Assembly: GCA_963809485.1 (NCBI GenBank)
Contig: CAWEJX010000020.1
Location: forward strand, 96,001 to 160,000
Origin: an uncultured Acidobacteriota bacterium
GTDB lineage: Bacteria > Acidobacteriota > UBA6911
DNA: 64,000 nt
Direction: 5' to 3'
Position 1 is the stretch's first letter, and each line of letters opens with the position of its first letter. The notes under the pieces are model-generated. The model saw nothing but the letters and a program-made list of their open reading frames with translations. It was not told the origin of the DNA and ran no database searches. Positions 1 through 10,540 of the stretch are shown piece after piece. The translations under genes were made by a program, and so were the position numbers.

Positions 1-757
1 TAAGCAGATGGGATAGCGCCGCACCCCCGCTCAGACGCTCAATCGGGCGCAAATCGAAACTACCCTGCAGGTGTTTCTGGATCAGGAAACCGGGATCCTC
101 ATCTCCAAAAGGAAGGCGTCGGGTCAGCAACTGATAGATCAAAACCCCCAAAGAATACAGATCCGATTCGGCGTTCGCTTTTCCGCCCAGCAGGATCTCC
201 GGCGCCGTATATAGCGGGATCGCATTAATATTCCCCTGCGGGGTCTTCCGGATCCATTGTCCGAGGCCGAAACCCATGAGTTTCAACCGCTCATCTTCGT
301 GCTCATGTTCCCGCAAAATGGTATTGGAGGATTTAAGATTCCCGTGCACGATTTCCTGCGAATGCAGGTAAAGAATTGCTTTGGACAGAGACACGATCAG
401 CTTTAGCTGTTCCTCGATATCCATCCCTTCCGAGGCGGAATAGATATCCTTCCCGGCAACAAACTCCTCTGCCAGAAATACTCTCCCCGTATCTTTGAGA
501 ATCCCGAAATCCAAAAGCCGAACAAAGCTTGGATGACTGAACCTGCGCAAAAAGGAGAATTCCGCGCTCAGAACACTGAGCGGTCCCGAATCCGTGTCGA
601 TTCCATGCAAAATCTTTATCGCGACCCGAGCTTTCCCTCCGCCAAGATCCCGGCATCTGTAAACTTCCCCGGTATTGCCCGCTCCCAAAAATTCTTCCAC
701 CTGATAGCGTTCCGCGATCACCTGCGCATCCCTGAGCCGTTTGTGCGCCGTCTTCAT
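1..757 (-). CDS. Ser/Thr protein kinase-fold protein, probable pseudokinase (partial, runs off the window)
   Basis: Not in the ORF track. Manual translation from ATG at 757 gives MKTAHKRLRDAQVIAERYQVEEFLGAGNTGEVY...VAIKIL...HGNLKSSN...LMGFG...YTAPE...SDLYSLG...LPF, with kinase subdomains in order. Confidence 0.88.
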   Translation of the reverse strand, partial: MKTAHKRLRDAQVIAERYQVEEFLGAGNTGEVYRCRDLGGGKARVAIKILHGIDTDSGPLSVLSAEFSFLRRFSHPSFVRLLDFGILKDTGRVFLAEEFVAGKDIYSASEGMDIEEQLKLIVSLSKAILYLHSQEIVHGNLKSSNTILREHEHEDERLKLMGFGLGQWIRKTPQGNINAIPLYTAPEILLGGKANAESDLYSLGVLIYQLLTRRLPFGDEDPGFLIQKHLQGSFDLRPIERLSGGAALSHLL

Positions 758-1143
758 ACCCGCTCCACTGAGAAAGCCTCGCTGTTCGATGCCGGATTTC
801 TCAATAAATGCTTCTGCCCCGAAAAATCATTCTGCAGCCCTGATGTCCCAAGCCCACTGGTTGTAGCGGCTGTGAAAAAGCGGATTTGGCAACTGCCCCG
901 CCCACCCCATTGTCCCCGGTCCCGCATCCCTGAAGGACCTTCCTCTGCTGCGGCGCGCCCTGAAATGCCGGCAGGGTTGCGACGCCTCACGCCGAAGGTT
1001 CCCGAGGAACAGCGGCAGCCTTTTAGAAAGCTTGAATCCTATTGTAAACCATATAGCCTGCGACATTTAAAGTCATTCGGATTCATCCCGCCGCAATGCT
1101 CGAATTTCTTGACAGCACGGCAGAATTCGATAAAACTGCCCGC

Positions 1144-2898
1144 ATGCTCTTCCTACTGCGAAAATATTTGCTTTCTTGCCTTTTTCTAGCGGCGATTTTA
1201 CCGAATACACCTTTTGCGCAGGAGGCGGGAAAAACCGATTTCCTCCAGCTTAAAAATCTAAACGGTGTCCGGGGAGGAAACCTTGTTGCCGCCGTCTCCA
1301 CCGACCCTTCAAATTTCAACCGGATGCTAACATCGGGCCTGGCAAACACTGCCATCACGGAGCGGTTGTCCGCGGACCTTGTGCACATCAACAGAGGCAA
1401 CATGCAACTGGAGCCCTCCCTGGCTGCGCGGTGGGAAGCAGATAAAACGGGCGGAATTTATACGCTTCACTTGCGCCGTGGCGTCCGTTTTTCCGACGGC
1501 AGCCCGTTTACCGCAGATGACGTCGTTTTCACTTTTCAAGTGCTGACCGATCCCGGCACCCAGAGCTCCATGTCCGGCCAGCTTGAAACCGACGGCACGT
1601 TCCCCGCTGTAGCCAAAATCGACGAGTATACCGTTCGCGTCGCGTTCCAGCGTCCGGTGGGAATGGGGCTTCGAATGCTCGACTCGGTGCCCATACTGCC
1701 GAAGAATCGATTATATAAAGCCTATAAAGAGGGCAATTTCGGCTCAGTGTGGGGGCCGTCAGTCGCGCCAAGAGACGTTGTGGGCCTTGGGCCCTTTCGT
1801 CTGAAGGAATATCAGCGAGGAGTGAGTGTCACTCTTGAAAGGAATCCATTCTACTGGAAAAAGGATCGCTCCGGGCAGGCCTTGCCTTACCTGGATGCGA
1901 TTACGTTTTTGATCATTCCCGATCTCAATTCCGAGGCGCTTCGTTTTCAGCAAGGCGAGCTGGATCTTGTAAGCTCCCTGAATCCCGAAAACTACGCGAT
2001 GCTTCGGCGGACACGGCGCGCCTACACATTGCGAGATCTGGGTCCCGGCCTGGCCATGGATTTTGTCTGGTTTAACCTCAACCGGGGCAAGAACAGCCAG
2101 GGCAAATCCTATGTGGATCCCGACAAGCTGGCGCTATTTGAAAAGGCTGAATTCCGCCGGGCAGTTTCCTACGCGCTGGACCGAAAGGGGATGGCGCGCT
2201 CGATTCTGCTGGGACTGGGCTCCCCTCAATATGGGCCCGTCAGCTCTGGGAACACCGTCTGGTATCACGGTGGAATTCTCCAGACCGCTAATGATCCAGC
2301 CCGTGCCCGGGAATTGCTGGCCAGGATCGGCCTGAAGGATTCCGACCGCGACGGGATTGTCGAATATGGCAGCCGAAGGCGTCCCCTGGAGATCAGCATA
2401 TTCACTTCCCGGGGAAACAGCGTGCGCGAGAAAACCGCACAGGTCATTCAGGACAACCTGTCCAAAATAGGGATCCGCACGGGGATCCAGCATTTGCTGC
2501 CCAACGAAATCGCCTCCCGTTTTCTTAGCTCCTTTGAGTATGAAGCCATCCTGTTCGGATTCACGCCAACAGACGTCGCTCCGGACCTGCAAACCGACCT
2601 CTGGTTCAGCAGCGGCAAGATTCATTTCTGGTGTCCGAATCAGAAAAAACCCGCGCGCGCGTGGGAAGCGGCGATTGACGACCTGATTTCCAAGCTTGTG
2701 CGAAGCATCGATCCCGCCGCCAGGAAAGCCGGCTTCAACAGGGTTCAGGAGATTTGGGCAGAAGAGATGCCGGCCATTCCGACAATCGCACCCAATATTC
2801 TTGTGGGATGGAGCGAGAAGTTGGGCAATATGCACCCCTCCATTCTGGCGCCCCACCTCATCTGGAATGCTGAGGAGATCACAAAGAGGAAACCCTGA
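1144..2898 (+). CDS. ABC transporter substrate-binding protein, family 5 (peptide/nickel)
   Basis: Signal peptide, motifs FSDGSPFTADDVVFT, GLGPF, LERNPFYW and EFRRAVSYALDR. Start could instead be 1096. Confidence 0.92.
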   Translation: MLFLLRKYLLSCLFLAAILPNTPFAQEAGKTDFLQLKNLNGVRGGNLVAAVSTDPSNFNRMLTSGLANTAITERLSADLVHINRGNMQLEPSLAARWEADKTGGIYTLHLRRGVRFSDGSPFTADDVVFTFQVLTDPGTQSSMSGQLETDGTFPAVAKIDEYTVRVAFQRPVGMGLRMLDSVPILPKNRLYKAYKEGNFGSVWGPSVAPRDVVGLGPFRLKEYQRGVSVTLERNPFYWKKDRSGQALPYLDAITFLIIPDLNSEALRFQQGELDLVSSLNPENYAMLRRTRRAYTLRDLGPGLAMDFVWFNLNRGKNSQGKSYVDPDKLALFEKAEFRRAVSYALDRKGMARSILLGLGSPQYGPVSSGNTVWYHGGILQTANDPARARELLARIGLKDSDRDGIVEYGSRRRPLEISIFTSRGNSVREKTAQVIQDNLSKIGIRTGIQHLLPNEIASRFLSSFEYEAILFGFTPTDVAPDLQTDLWFSSGKIHFWCPNQKKPARAWEAAIDDLISKLVRSIDPAARKAGFNRVQEIWAEEMPAIPTIAPNILVGWSEKLGNMHPSILAPHLIWNAEEITKRKP

Positions 2899-3003
2899 CC
2901 CGGGAGCCCGACTGAGCATCGCGGAAAGCTCGTCACAAGGACCTGATCGTCGGTTTCGCGGCCCGATCCCCGATCAGAGACGGCAGCAACCCGATTGTTT
3001 AAT

Positions 3004-3993
3004 ATGCGAACGATTGTGTTTATCCTCAAACATGCTTTGCGCCTGATTCTACTTGCTCTCGTTGTCGCCTTTGTGACATTCTGGCTCTCCTCAATAATTC
3101 CTGGCGACTTTTTCAGCACCCATCTTATGGAATCCGGGATGCGGGCTGAAACAGTGGAGCAGCTCCGCGATAAGTATGGCCTGAACCAGCCTGCATATAT
3201 TCAATACTCGCGCTGGCTGTTCGACCTGCTTCGACTGGACCTCGGGTATTCGCTCTTTTATCAGCGGCCGGTTACATCCATTGTGGCCGATGCACTTGGG
3301 AAGACCTTGTGGATTGGGATTCCCGCATTAGTATTCGGATTTTGCGGAGGAACCATTCTGGGGGCGCTTCATAAAGTAGCCGAACGCCGCCTGTTGGGAC
3401 GCTGCCTGGATTTTCTTTCCACCGTGGCACTATCCCTGCCGTCTCTTCTGCTGGGATTAATGGCCCTGCTTTTTGCGGTGCATACAAACTGGTTCCCGCT
3501 GGGAGGCATGAGTTCGCTCGACAGCCAAAATGCCGGATTTCTGCAATGGCTGGCCGACCGAATCCATCACCTTGTCCTGCCTGTGGCATGCCTCACTCTT
3601 CCTATTCTGGCATCGGTGGAACGCATCCAATATGCCGCCACTCGCGGTCATGCGAAAGATCCGTATCTGCGGTTCGCCCAGTCCCGTGGATTGGGGCGTC
3701 TTCGCTTTTTTGCTCACTACGTACTTCGCCCCGGGCTCAATCCGGTTCTATCGATCTCAGGACCCATGATCGGAGGCGTCCTCAGCGGCAGCCTCGTTCT
3801 GGAAGTGATTTTCGCCTGGCCCGGCCTGGGCCAGATCACCTATGATGCCCTATTCAACAACGACCTCTTTCTTTTGGCCGGATGCATCGTGGGCAGCAGT
3901 GTGCTTCTGATCGTGGGAAATCTGCTGGCCGATCTTGCTCTGGTTTGGTTGGATCCCCGGACACGATCGCTTGTCCGGAAAGGCCTCAGATGA
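3004..3993 (+). CDS. Peptide ABC transporter permease (OppB/DppB-like)
   Basis: YGLNQP..QY..WL..LLRLDLGYS, EAA-like loop (AQSRGLG), LEVIFAWPGLG. Confidence 0.92.
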   Translation: MRTIVFILKHALRLILLALVVAFVTFWLSSIIPGDFFSTHLMESGMRAETVEQLRDKYGLNQPAYIQYSRWLFDLLRLDLGYSLFYQRPVTSIVADALGKTLWIGIPALVFGFCGGTILGALHKVAERRLLGRCLDFLSTVALSLPSLLLGLMALLFAVHTNWFPLGGMSSLDSQNAGFLQWLADRIHHLVLPVACLTLPILASVERIQYAATRGHAKDPYLRFAQSRGLGRLRFFAHYVLRPGLNPVLSISGPMIGGVLSGSLVLEVIFAWPGLGQITYDALFNNDLFLLAGCIVGSSVLLIVGNLLADLALVWLDPRTRSLVRKGLR

Positions 3994-5030
3994 AAAAAAA
4001 CAGGAGAATTCCCATTGCAGCAACCTTTGCCGGACTGCTGGTACTTGCCGCATTGTTTGCCGACTTTCTGTCGCCGAATCCTCCTGACATGCAGAACCTC
4101 GATCAATTCTTCCATCCTCCGTCGCGTGTCCATATCTTCGACCGCAGAGGCGGGGTGAAACTCAGGCCCTTTATATATAAAACCGAGTTGACAGATCCCC
4201 TCAACGTCACCTATCGGGAAAACACGGAAGCCACGTTTGCCCTGGAATTTTTTTTCAGGGGCTACCCCTACAGGCTTCTGGGGCTGATTCCGTTGGACCG
4301 TCATCTTGTGGGCAGAAGCGGGCAGCCGCACTATTACCCTTTGGGCACGGACGAACTGGGCCGTGACGTTACGGCTCGCGTTCTCGCGGGCACACGCACT
4401 TCCCTGCTGGTCGTTGTGCTGGGCATGGCCATTTACGCAGCTCTGGGTTTGACCATCGGCGCATCCGCCGGTTTGTTCGGAGGCTGGATGGATGCTCTGC
4501 TGATGCGCTTTTCGGAGTTTGTCTTAGCTCTTCCTGCACTCTATCTGGCTTTGGCTCTCAGAGCACTAATGCCCCTGCGCATACCGTTCTGGCAGACTCT
4601 GCTTTTGACGGTCGGAACAATCGCGTCGGTTGCATGGCCGCCGATGGCCCGGGGGATCCGGGGACTTATATTGCAGCTGAAAAACTCGATGCATATCGAG
4701 GCCGCGAGGTCGCTGGGAAGCACGCCCATGCAAATTTTCCGCCGGCACATGCTTCCGGCACTGCTGCCTTACGCTTTGACCCAAACGGCAGTGGCCGCCC
4801 CTGTGTTTTTGTTGGGTGAGGCGGTGCTATCCTTCCTGAATGTAGGATTCCGAGACTCGGGAGAATCGTGGGGCAGCATGCTGCGCAGCCTAAAAGACAT
4901 CAGAGTCATCACGGACTTCTGGTGGAATCTGCTGCCTTTGTTTATGGTCTTTCTTACGCTGCTATGCCTGAATGTATTCAGCATCAGACTGGGGCGCAGG
5001 GAACCGGACAGTCAGATCATGCGTATATAG
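3990..5030 (+). CDS. Peptide ABC transporter permease (OppC/DppC-like)
   Basis: ATGA overlap with the previous stop, LGTDELGRDV, EAARSLG, EAVLSFL. Confidence 0.92.
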   Translation: MKKNRRIPIAATFAGLLVLAALFADFLSPNPPDMQNLDQFFHPPSRVHIFDRRGGVKLRPFIYKTELTDPLNVTYRENTEATFALEFFFRGYPYRLLGLIPLDRHLVGRSGQPHYYPLGTDELGRDVTARVLAGTRTSLLVVVLGMAIYAALGLTIGASAGLFGGWMDALLMRFSEFVLALPALYLALALRALMPLRIPFWQTLLLTVGTIASVAWPPMARGIRGLILQLKNSMHIEAARSLGSTPMQIFRRHMLPALLPYALTQTAVAAPVFLLGEAVLSFLNVGFRDSGESWGSMLRSLKDIRVITDFWWNLLPLFMVFLTLLCLNVFSIRLGRREPDSQIMRI

Positions 5031-5136
5031 ATACAACAGAATCAGGTCCCTAGAATCCCCGGGAACCCGGCCGATGCATGGCCAATTCAGTCGGATTCTG
5101 AGGACCTGATCCCATTTGTACTCAAGGCAGCGGACC

Positions 5137-5436
5137 TTACTTCTTGGGGGGAACCACCGCATCCTTGAACGCTTTGGCAACACGAAATTTCACGACCGTC
5201 TTTGCTGGAATCTTTATGGCCACACCGGTCTGTGGATTCCGCCCCATGCGAGCTTTACGTTGAGATTTCACGGTCTTCCCGACACCGGGGATAATGAACT
5301 GACCGTTCTTCTTGGTCTCGGCGATCGCGGTCCCGGAGATGATCTCGAGTATCGCATTGGCCGTTGCCTTTGTAATGCTTGCTTTTTCTGCTACCAGGGA
5401 AACCAACTGAGCTTTAGTCATCACTTTACCAGCCAT
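5137..5436 (-). CDS. hup: HU family DNA-binding protein
   Basis: MTKAQLV...ARMGRNPQTG..IKIPAK..VKFR, with GGAG RBS upstream. Confidence 0.95.
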   Translation of the reverse strand: MAGKVMTKAQLVSLVAEKASITKATANAILEIISGTAIAETKKNGQFIIPGVGKTVKSQRKARMGRNPQTGVAIKIPAKTVVKFRVAKAFKDAVVPPKK

Positions 5437-5729
5437 TCAACTCCTCCCGTAAAAATATTGTTTGGATCTTCCGGAATACAGCAAACAAGCTAGATTCATT
5501 TTCCGGATATTCTGATAAAAAGCAATAAAGTTTTTTAAAAAAGCCGCTATTTATCGATATATGCGAAGATTTTGCCCCTCGGAACGGCATTTTTACTATA
5601 TTTCGACGATTTGCGCGGATGGAAACGCAGTTTTGCCGGCAAAAAAGGCCGCGCCAAAATTTCGCATCCTGCATCCGCAAAATCGATTCGGGGGCTTGAT
5701 CCGGGCCCATCCCGCGGATGATGAGTTTC

Positions 5730-6320
5730 TCAGGATTTGTAAAAAGGATTGCGGCCGGCGGCGTGGTCGGTTGTGTCCAGGATTTCGCCAACTTCCGGGA
5801 TTCTCTCGCGGATCACTCTCTCGACTCCCATCTTCATGGTCAATTTCGCCGACCCGCAACCCTGACAGCCGCCGCCCAGTTTCAGATAAACCGAGTTCTT
5901 TCTCACGTCAATGAGTTCCACCCAGCCGCCATGCATACCCAGAGCAGGATTGATTTCCCCGTCCAGAAGGTTTTGCACCTTCATTCTGATTTCGGCCTCC
6001 GGAGGCATCGCGGTGTCGTATTGCTCGCTGACCGCCGGCTCGCCCGACTGCATGTGTTCGCGAATTTTTGCCCCGATCTGTTTGCCGATGAGGGGCCATG
6101 CGTCGAATCCGGATTTGGTGACGGTGATCTGGTTGTCGGCAATCAGAATGTTCTCGACCTCGGCAATCTCAAAAATCCTCTGTGCCAGAGCAGATTCCTT
6201 GGCCGCTTCCCGATTTCCGAAATACGCCGAACCTCCGGGATACACCGGCCGGTCAACCGTGAATTTGCAGGTGGCCGGATTAACGGCAGGTTCCCCCTTT
6301 ATGCTTATCTCATTATCCAC
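5730..6320 (-). CDS. NifU/NfuA-type Fe-S cluster carrier (Nfu_N + NifU-C)
   Basis: INPALGMHGG.VELID...GGCQGC. GTG start at 6320 follows AAAGGAGA. Confidence 0.88.
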   Translation of the reverse strand: MDNEISIKGEPAVNPATCKFTVDRPVYPGGSAYFGNREAAKESALAQRIFEIAEVENILIADNQITVTKSGFDAWPLIGKQIGAKIREHMQSGEPAVSEQYDTAMPPEAEIRMKVQNLLDGEINPALGMHGGWVELIDVRKNSVYLKLGGGCQGCGSAKLTMKMGVERVIRERIPEVGEILDTTDHAAGRNPFYKS

Positions 6321-6563
6321 AGCGTTCTCCTTTGTATAACTAATCCACAAAATCACGTTAGCTGACAACAGGCACTGATGTCAACGGCCGTGCAACTGCC
6401 AACTCCCCATGTCGGGCGATGCCGTGGGGCCTGATCGCGAAATTGCCCCCGGCCGGAATTTTGAGAAATGCAAATTGTACCTTAATAAGATCCATATTCC
6501 GGCAATTCTGCTATGATCCACCGCTGAAGCGACAATCGGATTTTGGAAAGGTAACCGGGTACC

Positions 6564-8618
6564 ATGCATGTCCTGAAATTTTGTTCCCTGCTGGCGACTG
6601 CAGCAGTTTTGATTTCGAAACCTTCCCCCGGAACAAACCAGGCGGCCGATCTGCATCTCATGCCGATTCCGGCGAATATTTCTGTGCAGCCCGGCAGGCT
6701 TATGCTGGACGGCAGCTTCCGGTTCAGCGTGGGCGGTTACGAGGATTCACGCCTGAGAGGGGCCATCGCCCGTTTTCTTGCCCGCCTTTCGGGCAAGACG
6801 GGATTCTCGCTGTCTGAAGCGCCCGTTGCGGATCCGACAGAGGCCGTGCTCGATATTCGTTGCGATGGAGTTGGTGAACAGGTCCCATCGGTTCAAGCTG
6901 ACGAATCGTACGTGCTCGACGTGACGACCCGGCGGGCTGCGTTGACTGCGCCTTCGCCTGTTGGAATCCTTCGAGGACTGGAAACCTTGCTTCAACTGGT
7001 TGATCTGGATTCCCAGTCCTTTTTCGTTCCTTCGCTGAGAATCGAGGACCATCCCCGCTTCCGCTGGAGGGGTCTGCTCATCGATGTTTCCCGCCACTGG
7101 GAGCCCGCAGATCTGATAATACGAAACCTGGATGCCATGGCGGCCGTGAAGATGAATGTTTTCCATTGGCATCTGTCCGACGACCAGGGATTCCGAGTGG
7201 AATCCAAGGTCTTCCCGAAGCTTCATAAAATAGGGTCCGAGGGGAAATACTACACCCAGCAGGAAATCAAAGAGGTTGTCGAATATGCACGGAATCGAGG
7301 TATCCGTGTGATACCGGAATTCGACATGCCCGGCCATACCACGGCCTGGCTTGTTGCTTATCCTGAGTTGGCAAGCAAACCCGGGCCATACAAAATTGAA
7401 CGTTCCTGGGGTGTGTTTGATCCGTGCATGGACCCAACGCGGGAGAAGACCTATTCTTTTTTGGATTCCTTCATTGGCGAAATGGCCGGGCTTTTCCCGG
7501 ATGAATATTTCCATATTGGCGGGGATGAGGTAAACGGCAAACACTGGAACACCAATCCGAGAATCCGCTCTTACAAGAAGCGGCACAACCTGCAGAATAA
7601 CCGCGACCTGCAGGCGTATTTCAACCAGCGCCTGGGAAAAATCCTCGCAAAGCACGGGAAAAAAATGATCGGATGGGATGAAATTCTCCATCCCGGCCTC
7701 CCTTCCGAGGTCACAATCCAGTCCTGGCGGGGACAGGCTGCACTGGCAGACAGTGCCCGTCGGGGACACTCCGGCATCCTCTCCTATGGCTACTACCTGG
7801 ACCATATGCGGCCGGCTTCATTTCACTATGAAATCGATCCTCTCGGCAAGGAGGCCGCGTCTCTTACCGATGCCGAAAAATCCATGATACTCGGGGGAGA
7901 AGCCTGCATGTGGGCCGAGTTTGTCAATCCCGACAATATTGAATCAAGAATCTGGCCGAGAGCCGCAGCTATTGCAGAGAGGTTCTGGTCCCCCGCCGAA
8001 ATCCTCGATATTCCGGACCTGTACCGCCGCCTCGGCTATATGGACAGTGCACTGGTTTCCCTGGGCCTGCAGCATCAAACCCGATACATCGGCGGGCTGC
8101 GAAACATGATCGGGGAGCGTCATCTGGATCTATTGCATGAATTCGCGGGACTCCTGAAACCCACGGGACTGGGAACCCGGCAGCGATCCCGGCAATACAG
8201 CAGCCTGATTCCATTAAATCGGATGGTGGACGCGGTTTTGCCTGAGAGCCAGGCGGCCAGGCAGCTGGAAAACCAGGTGCAGGCCGCTCTTGCCGGCGGG
8301 ATGGATGCCTCCGGAGCCGTTCAGAGGATTCGGCAATCGCTGGCCCGGTGGCAGGAAACCGCAAACCGATTGAGCCCTGAGTTTGCGCGATCCGAGATCC
8401 TGGCGGAAGTCGTGCCGCTGACTGGAATTGTTTCCAGGCTCAGCGATATGGGACTTCAGGCGCTGGAATTTCTGCAGTCCGCGCAAAAACCGTCTGCGGA
8501 ATGGCGCGACCAAACAGCCGCGTTGATCAAAATCGCGGACATGCCGCAGGCGGAAATGCTGGTGGCGATTGCTCCCCCCATCCTAAAGCTCATCGATGCG
8601 GCAAACGCGATGCCTTGA
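6564..8618 (+). CDS. Beta-N-acetylhexosaminidase (GH20), secreted
   Basis: RGLLIDVSRH, HWHLSDDQG, PEFDMPGH, catalytic HIGGDE, GGEACMWAE and a signal peptide. Confidence 0.95.
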   Translation: MHVLKFCSLLATAAVLISKPSPGTNQAADLHLMPIPANISVQPGRLMLDGSFRFSVGGYEDSRLRGAIARFLARLSGKTGFSLSEAPVADPTEAVLDIRCDGVGEQVPSVQADESYVLDVTTRRAALTAPSPVGILRGLETLLQLVDLDSQSFFVPSLRIEDHPRFRWRGLLIDVSRHWEPADLIIRNLDAMAAVKMNVFHWHLSDDQGFRVESKVFPKLHKIGSEGKYYTQQEIKEVVEYARNRGIRVIPEFDMPGHTTAWLVAYPELASKPGPYKIERSWGVFDPCMDPTREKTYSFLDSFIGEMAGLFPDEYFHIGGDEVNGKHWNTNPRIRSYKKRHNLQNNRDLQAYFNQRLGKILAKHGKKMIGWDEILHPGLPSEVTIQSWRGQAALADSARRGHSGILSYGYYLDHMRPASFHYEIDPLGKEAASLTDAEKSMILGGEACMWAEFVNPDNIESRIWPRAAAIAERFWSPAEILDIPDLYRRLGYMDSALVSLGLQHQTRYIGGLRNMIGERHLDLLHEFAGLLKPTGLGTRQRSRQYSSLIPLNRMVDAVLPESQAARQLENQVQAALAGGMDASGAVQRIRQSLARWQETANRLSPEFARSEILAEVVPLTGIVSRLSDMGLQALEFLQSAQKPSAEWRDQTAALIKIADMPQAEMLVAIAPPILKLIDAANAMP

Positions 8619-8675
8619 GAAACACATTTACCAGCCGCACCCGCAGCATTGGGCATAGCGAGAGATCGCTCCCGG

Positions 8676-8768
8676 TTATTGGTGAGGATGGTCTGCAGAC
8701 CCGTCTGACCAACCATAACCGGTTATCCGTCTATCGGACGGTCTCTGGAGAGCCGTCCTCACCAATAA
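8676..8768. repeat. REP-doublet (REPIN-like) palindromic element, family B
   Basis: TTATTGGTGAGGATGG...CCGTCCTCACCAATAA inverted arms, each with an internal palindrome. Related copies at ~29600, ~44474 and ~44716. Confidence 0.7.
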
Positions 8769-8785
8769 ATGCATCCGGGGCGTCT

Positions 8786-9046
8786 TCATGGCTGCTGCAA
8801 AATCACTGTGGTGGATCCGTGGTCGATTGCGTCGCGGAACGCAATTACGCGGGGGTGTTTTTTGAGGATGGAGTGGACGATTGCACGCTGCACCCCGATG
8901 CCGCGGCCGTGAATGATGCGCACCTCGCGGAAACCTTTCAGGATCGCCTGGTGAAGGTACTCCTCGACCAGGCTGGGGATATCCGCCGGCAGAAATGTAT
9001 GCAGGTCAATCGAGTCTTCTATGGGCAACTCCACCGTCTCCGTCAT
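8786..9046 (-). CDS. Stand-alone Smr domain protein
   Basis: IDLHTF...VRIIHGRGIG...GSTTV. Confidence 0.88.
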   Translation of the reverse strand: MTETVELPIEDSIDLHTFLPADIPSLVEEYLHQAILKGFREVRIIHGRGIGVQRAIVHSILKKHPRVIAFRDAIDHGSTTVILQQP

Positions 9047-9129
9047 TTCGGATCCTTTCGGGACTTTTGGAAGAAAGCCCCTTGATTTTCGCTCCACTCT
9101 GCGCCCATTTTTAAACAAGGGAGATCACA

Positions 9130-10540
9130 ATGCAAACACGAACAGAAAAGGATTCCTTGGGCGAGCGGCGGATTCCAGCCGACGCCTATTACGGCATACA
9201 AACAGCCCGGGCCCTTGAGAATTTTCCGATCAGCGGCCTGAAACCGAAAACCCAATATATCCGTGCAACGGTCTACATCAAGAAATCCGCCGCCAGGGTG
9301 AATGAAGCCCTGGGACTGCTGGAAGGCAAAAAGGCGGATGCCATCATCGGCGCATGCAATGAAATACTCGAAGGCAAGCTTCTCGAGTGGTTTGTCGTGG
9401 ACGTTTACCAGGCCGGAGCCGGGACCTCGCACAACATGAATGCGAATGAGGTTATTGCCAACCGCGCCATCGAGCTTTTGGGCGGATCAAAGGGAGATTA
9501 CGCTCTTGTTCATCCTAATGATCACGTCAATATGGCTCAATCGACCAACGATGTCTGCCCAACAGCCATACGGATCGCCGCGGTTCTGTGCTCACAGCTG
9601 CTGGCAAACTCTTTGAGGGGGCTGGAGCGCCGTTTTTCGGCCAAGGCAGAAGAGTTTGACACTGTGATCAAGTCCGGCCGCACCCATCTGCAGGATGCGG
9701 TTCCGGTGCGTCTGGGGCAGGAATTCGGCGCGTATGCTGCCTGCATGCGCAAGCACCTTAAAAGCATCGAGGCAGCTGCGGATGCCAATAAGGAACTCGG
9801 AATCGGGGGCACAGCTGTCGGGACCGGGATTAACGCGCACCCGCAATATCGTCCAATGATGATCCGCGAACTCAGCTGCGAACTCGGGATCGTTTTCCGT
9901 GCAGCTGAGGACTATTTTGAGGCCATGCAGTCTCTGAGGCCTTTTGTAGAGCTCTCAGGAGCCGCTCGGTGCCTGGCCCAGGATCTCATTCGCATCGCGA
10001 ACGATCTGCGCCTCATGAGTTCCGGCCCCAAAACAGGTCTGGCCGAGATTGTTTTGCCGGCTGTCCAGCCGGGATCCTCCATTATGCCGGGCAAGGTGAA
10101 TCCCGTCCATCGCGGAGATGCTGAACATGGTCTGTTTTCAGGTGATTGGTTGTGACATGACCGTTCTGATGGCTGCCCAGGCCGGTCAACTGGAACTCAA
10201 CGTCATGATGCCCGTGGTCGCCCTTAATCTGCTGCATGAAATCGAGATCCTCCGGAACGCCATCGAAGTGTTTGCGCAGCTCTGCATCGCAGGCATACGG
10301 GCGGATGAAGCGAAGTGCAGAGAGTTTGCAGAAGCCAGCATGAGCATCGTCACGGTTCTGAACCCGCACATCGGCTATGCTGCGGCGGCGGAAGTGGCCA
10401 AGGAATACCTGAATACGGGAAAACCGATCCGCAAGATCGTCCTTGAAAGAGGGTTCGTAAGCGAGGAAAAGCTGGATAAGATTTTTGACCTGAAAATCAT
10501 GACGGAACCGGGAATCAGCCTGCCGGGTGGTAATTCCTGA
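9130..10540 (+). CDS. aspA: Aspartate ammonia-lyase (class II fumarase/aspartase family), +1 frameshift at ~10107
   Basis: YYGIQT, TSHNMNANEV, KSGRTHLQDA, GSSIMPGKVNP. Removing one C at 10107-10108 joins the two ORFs into 469 aa (NPVIAEMLNMV). Confidence 0.85.

Noticed and set aside
533-1189. 218 aa plus-strand ORF
   Set aside because: Overlaps the minus-strand kinase-fold gene and the ABC binding-protein start, and has no motifs.
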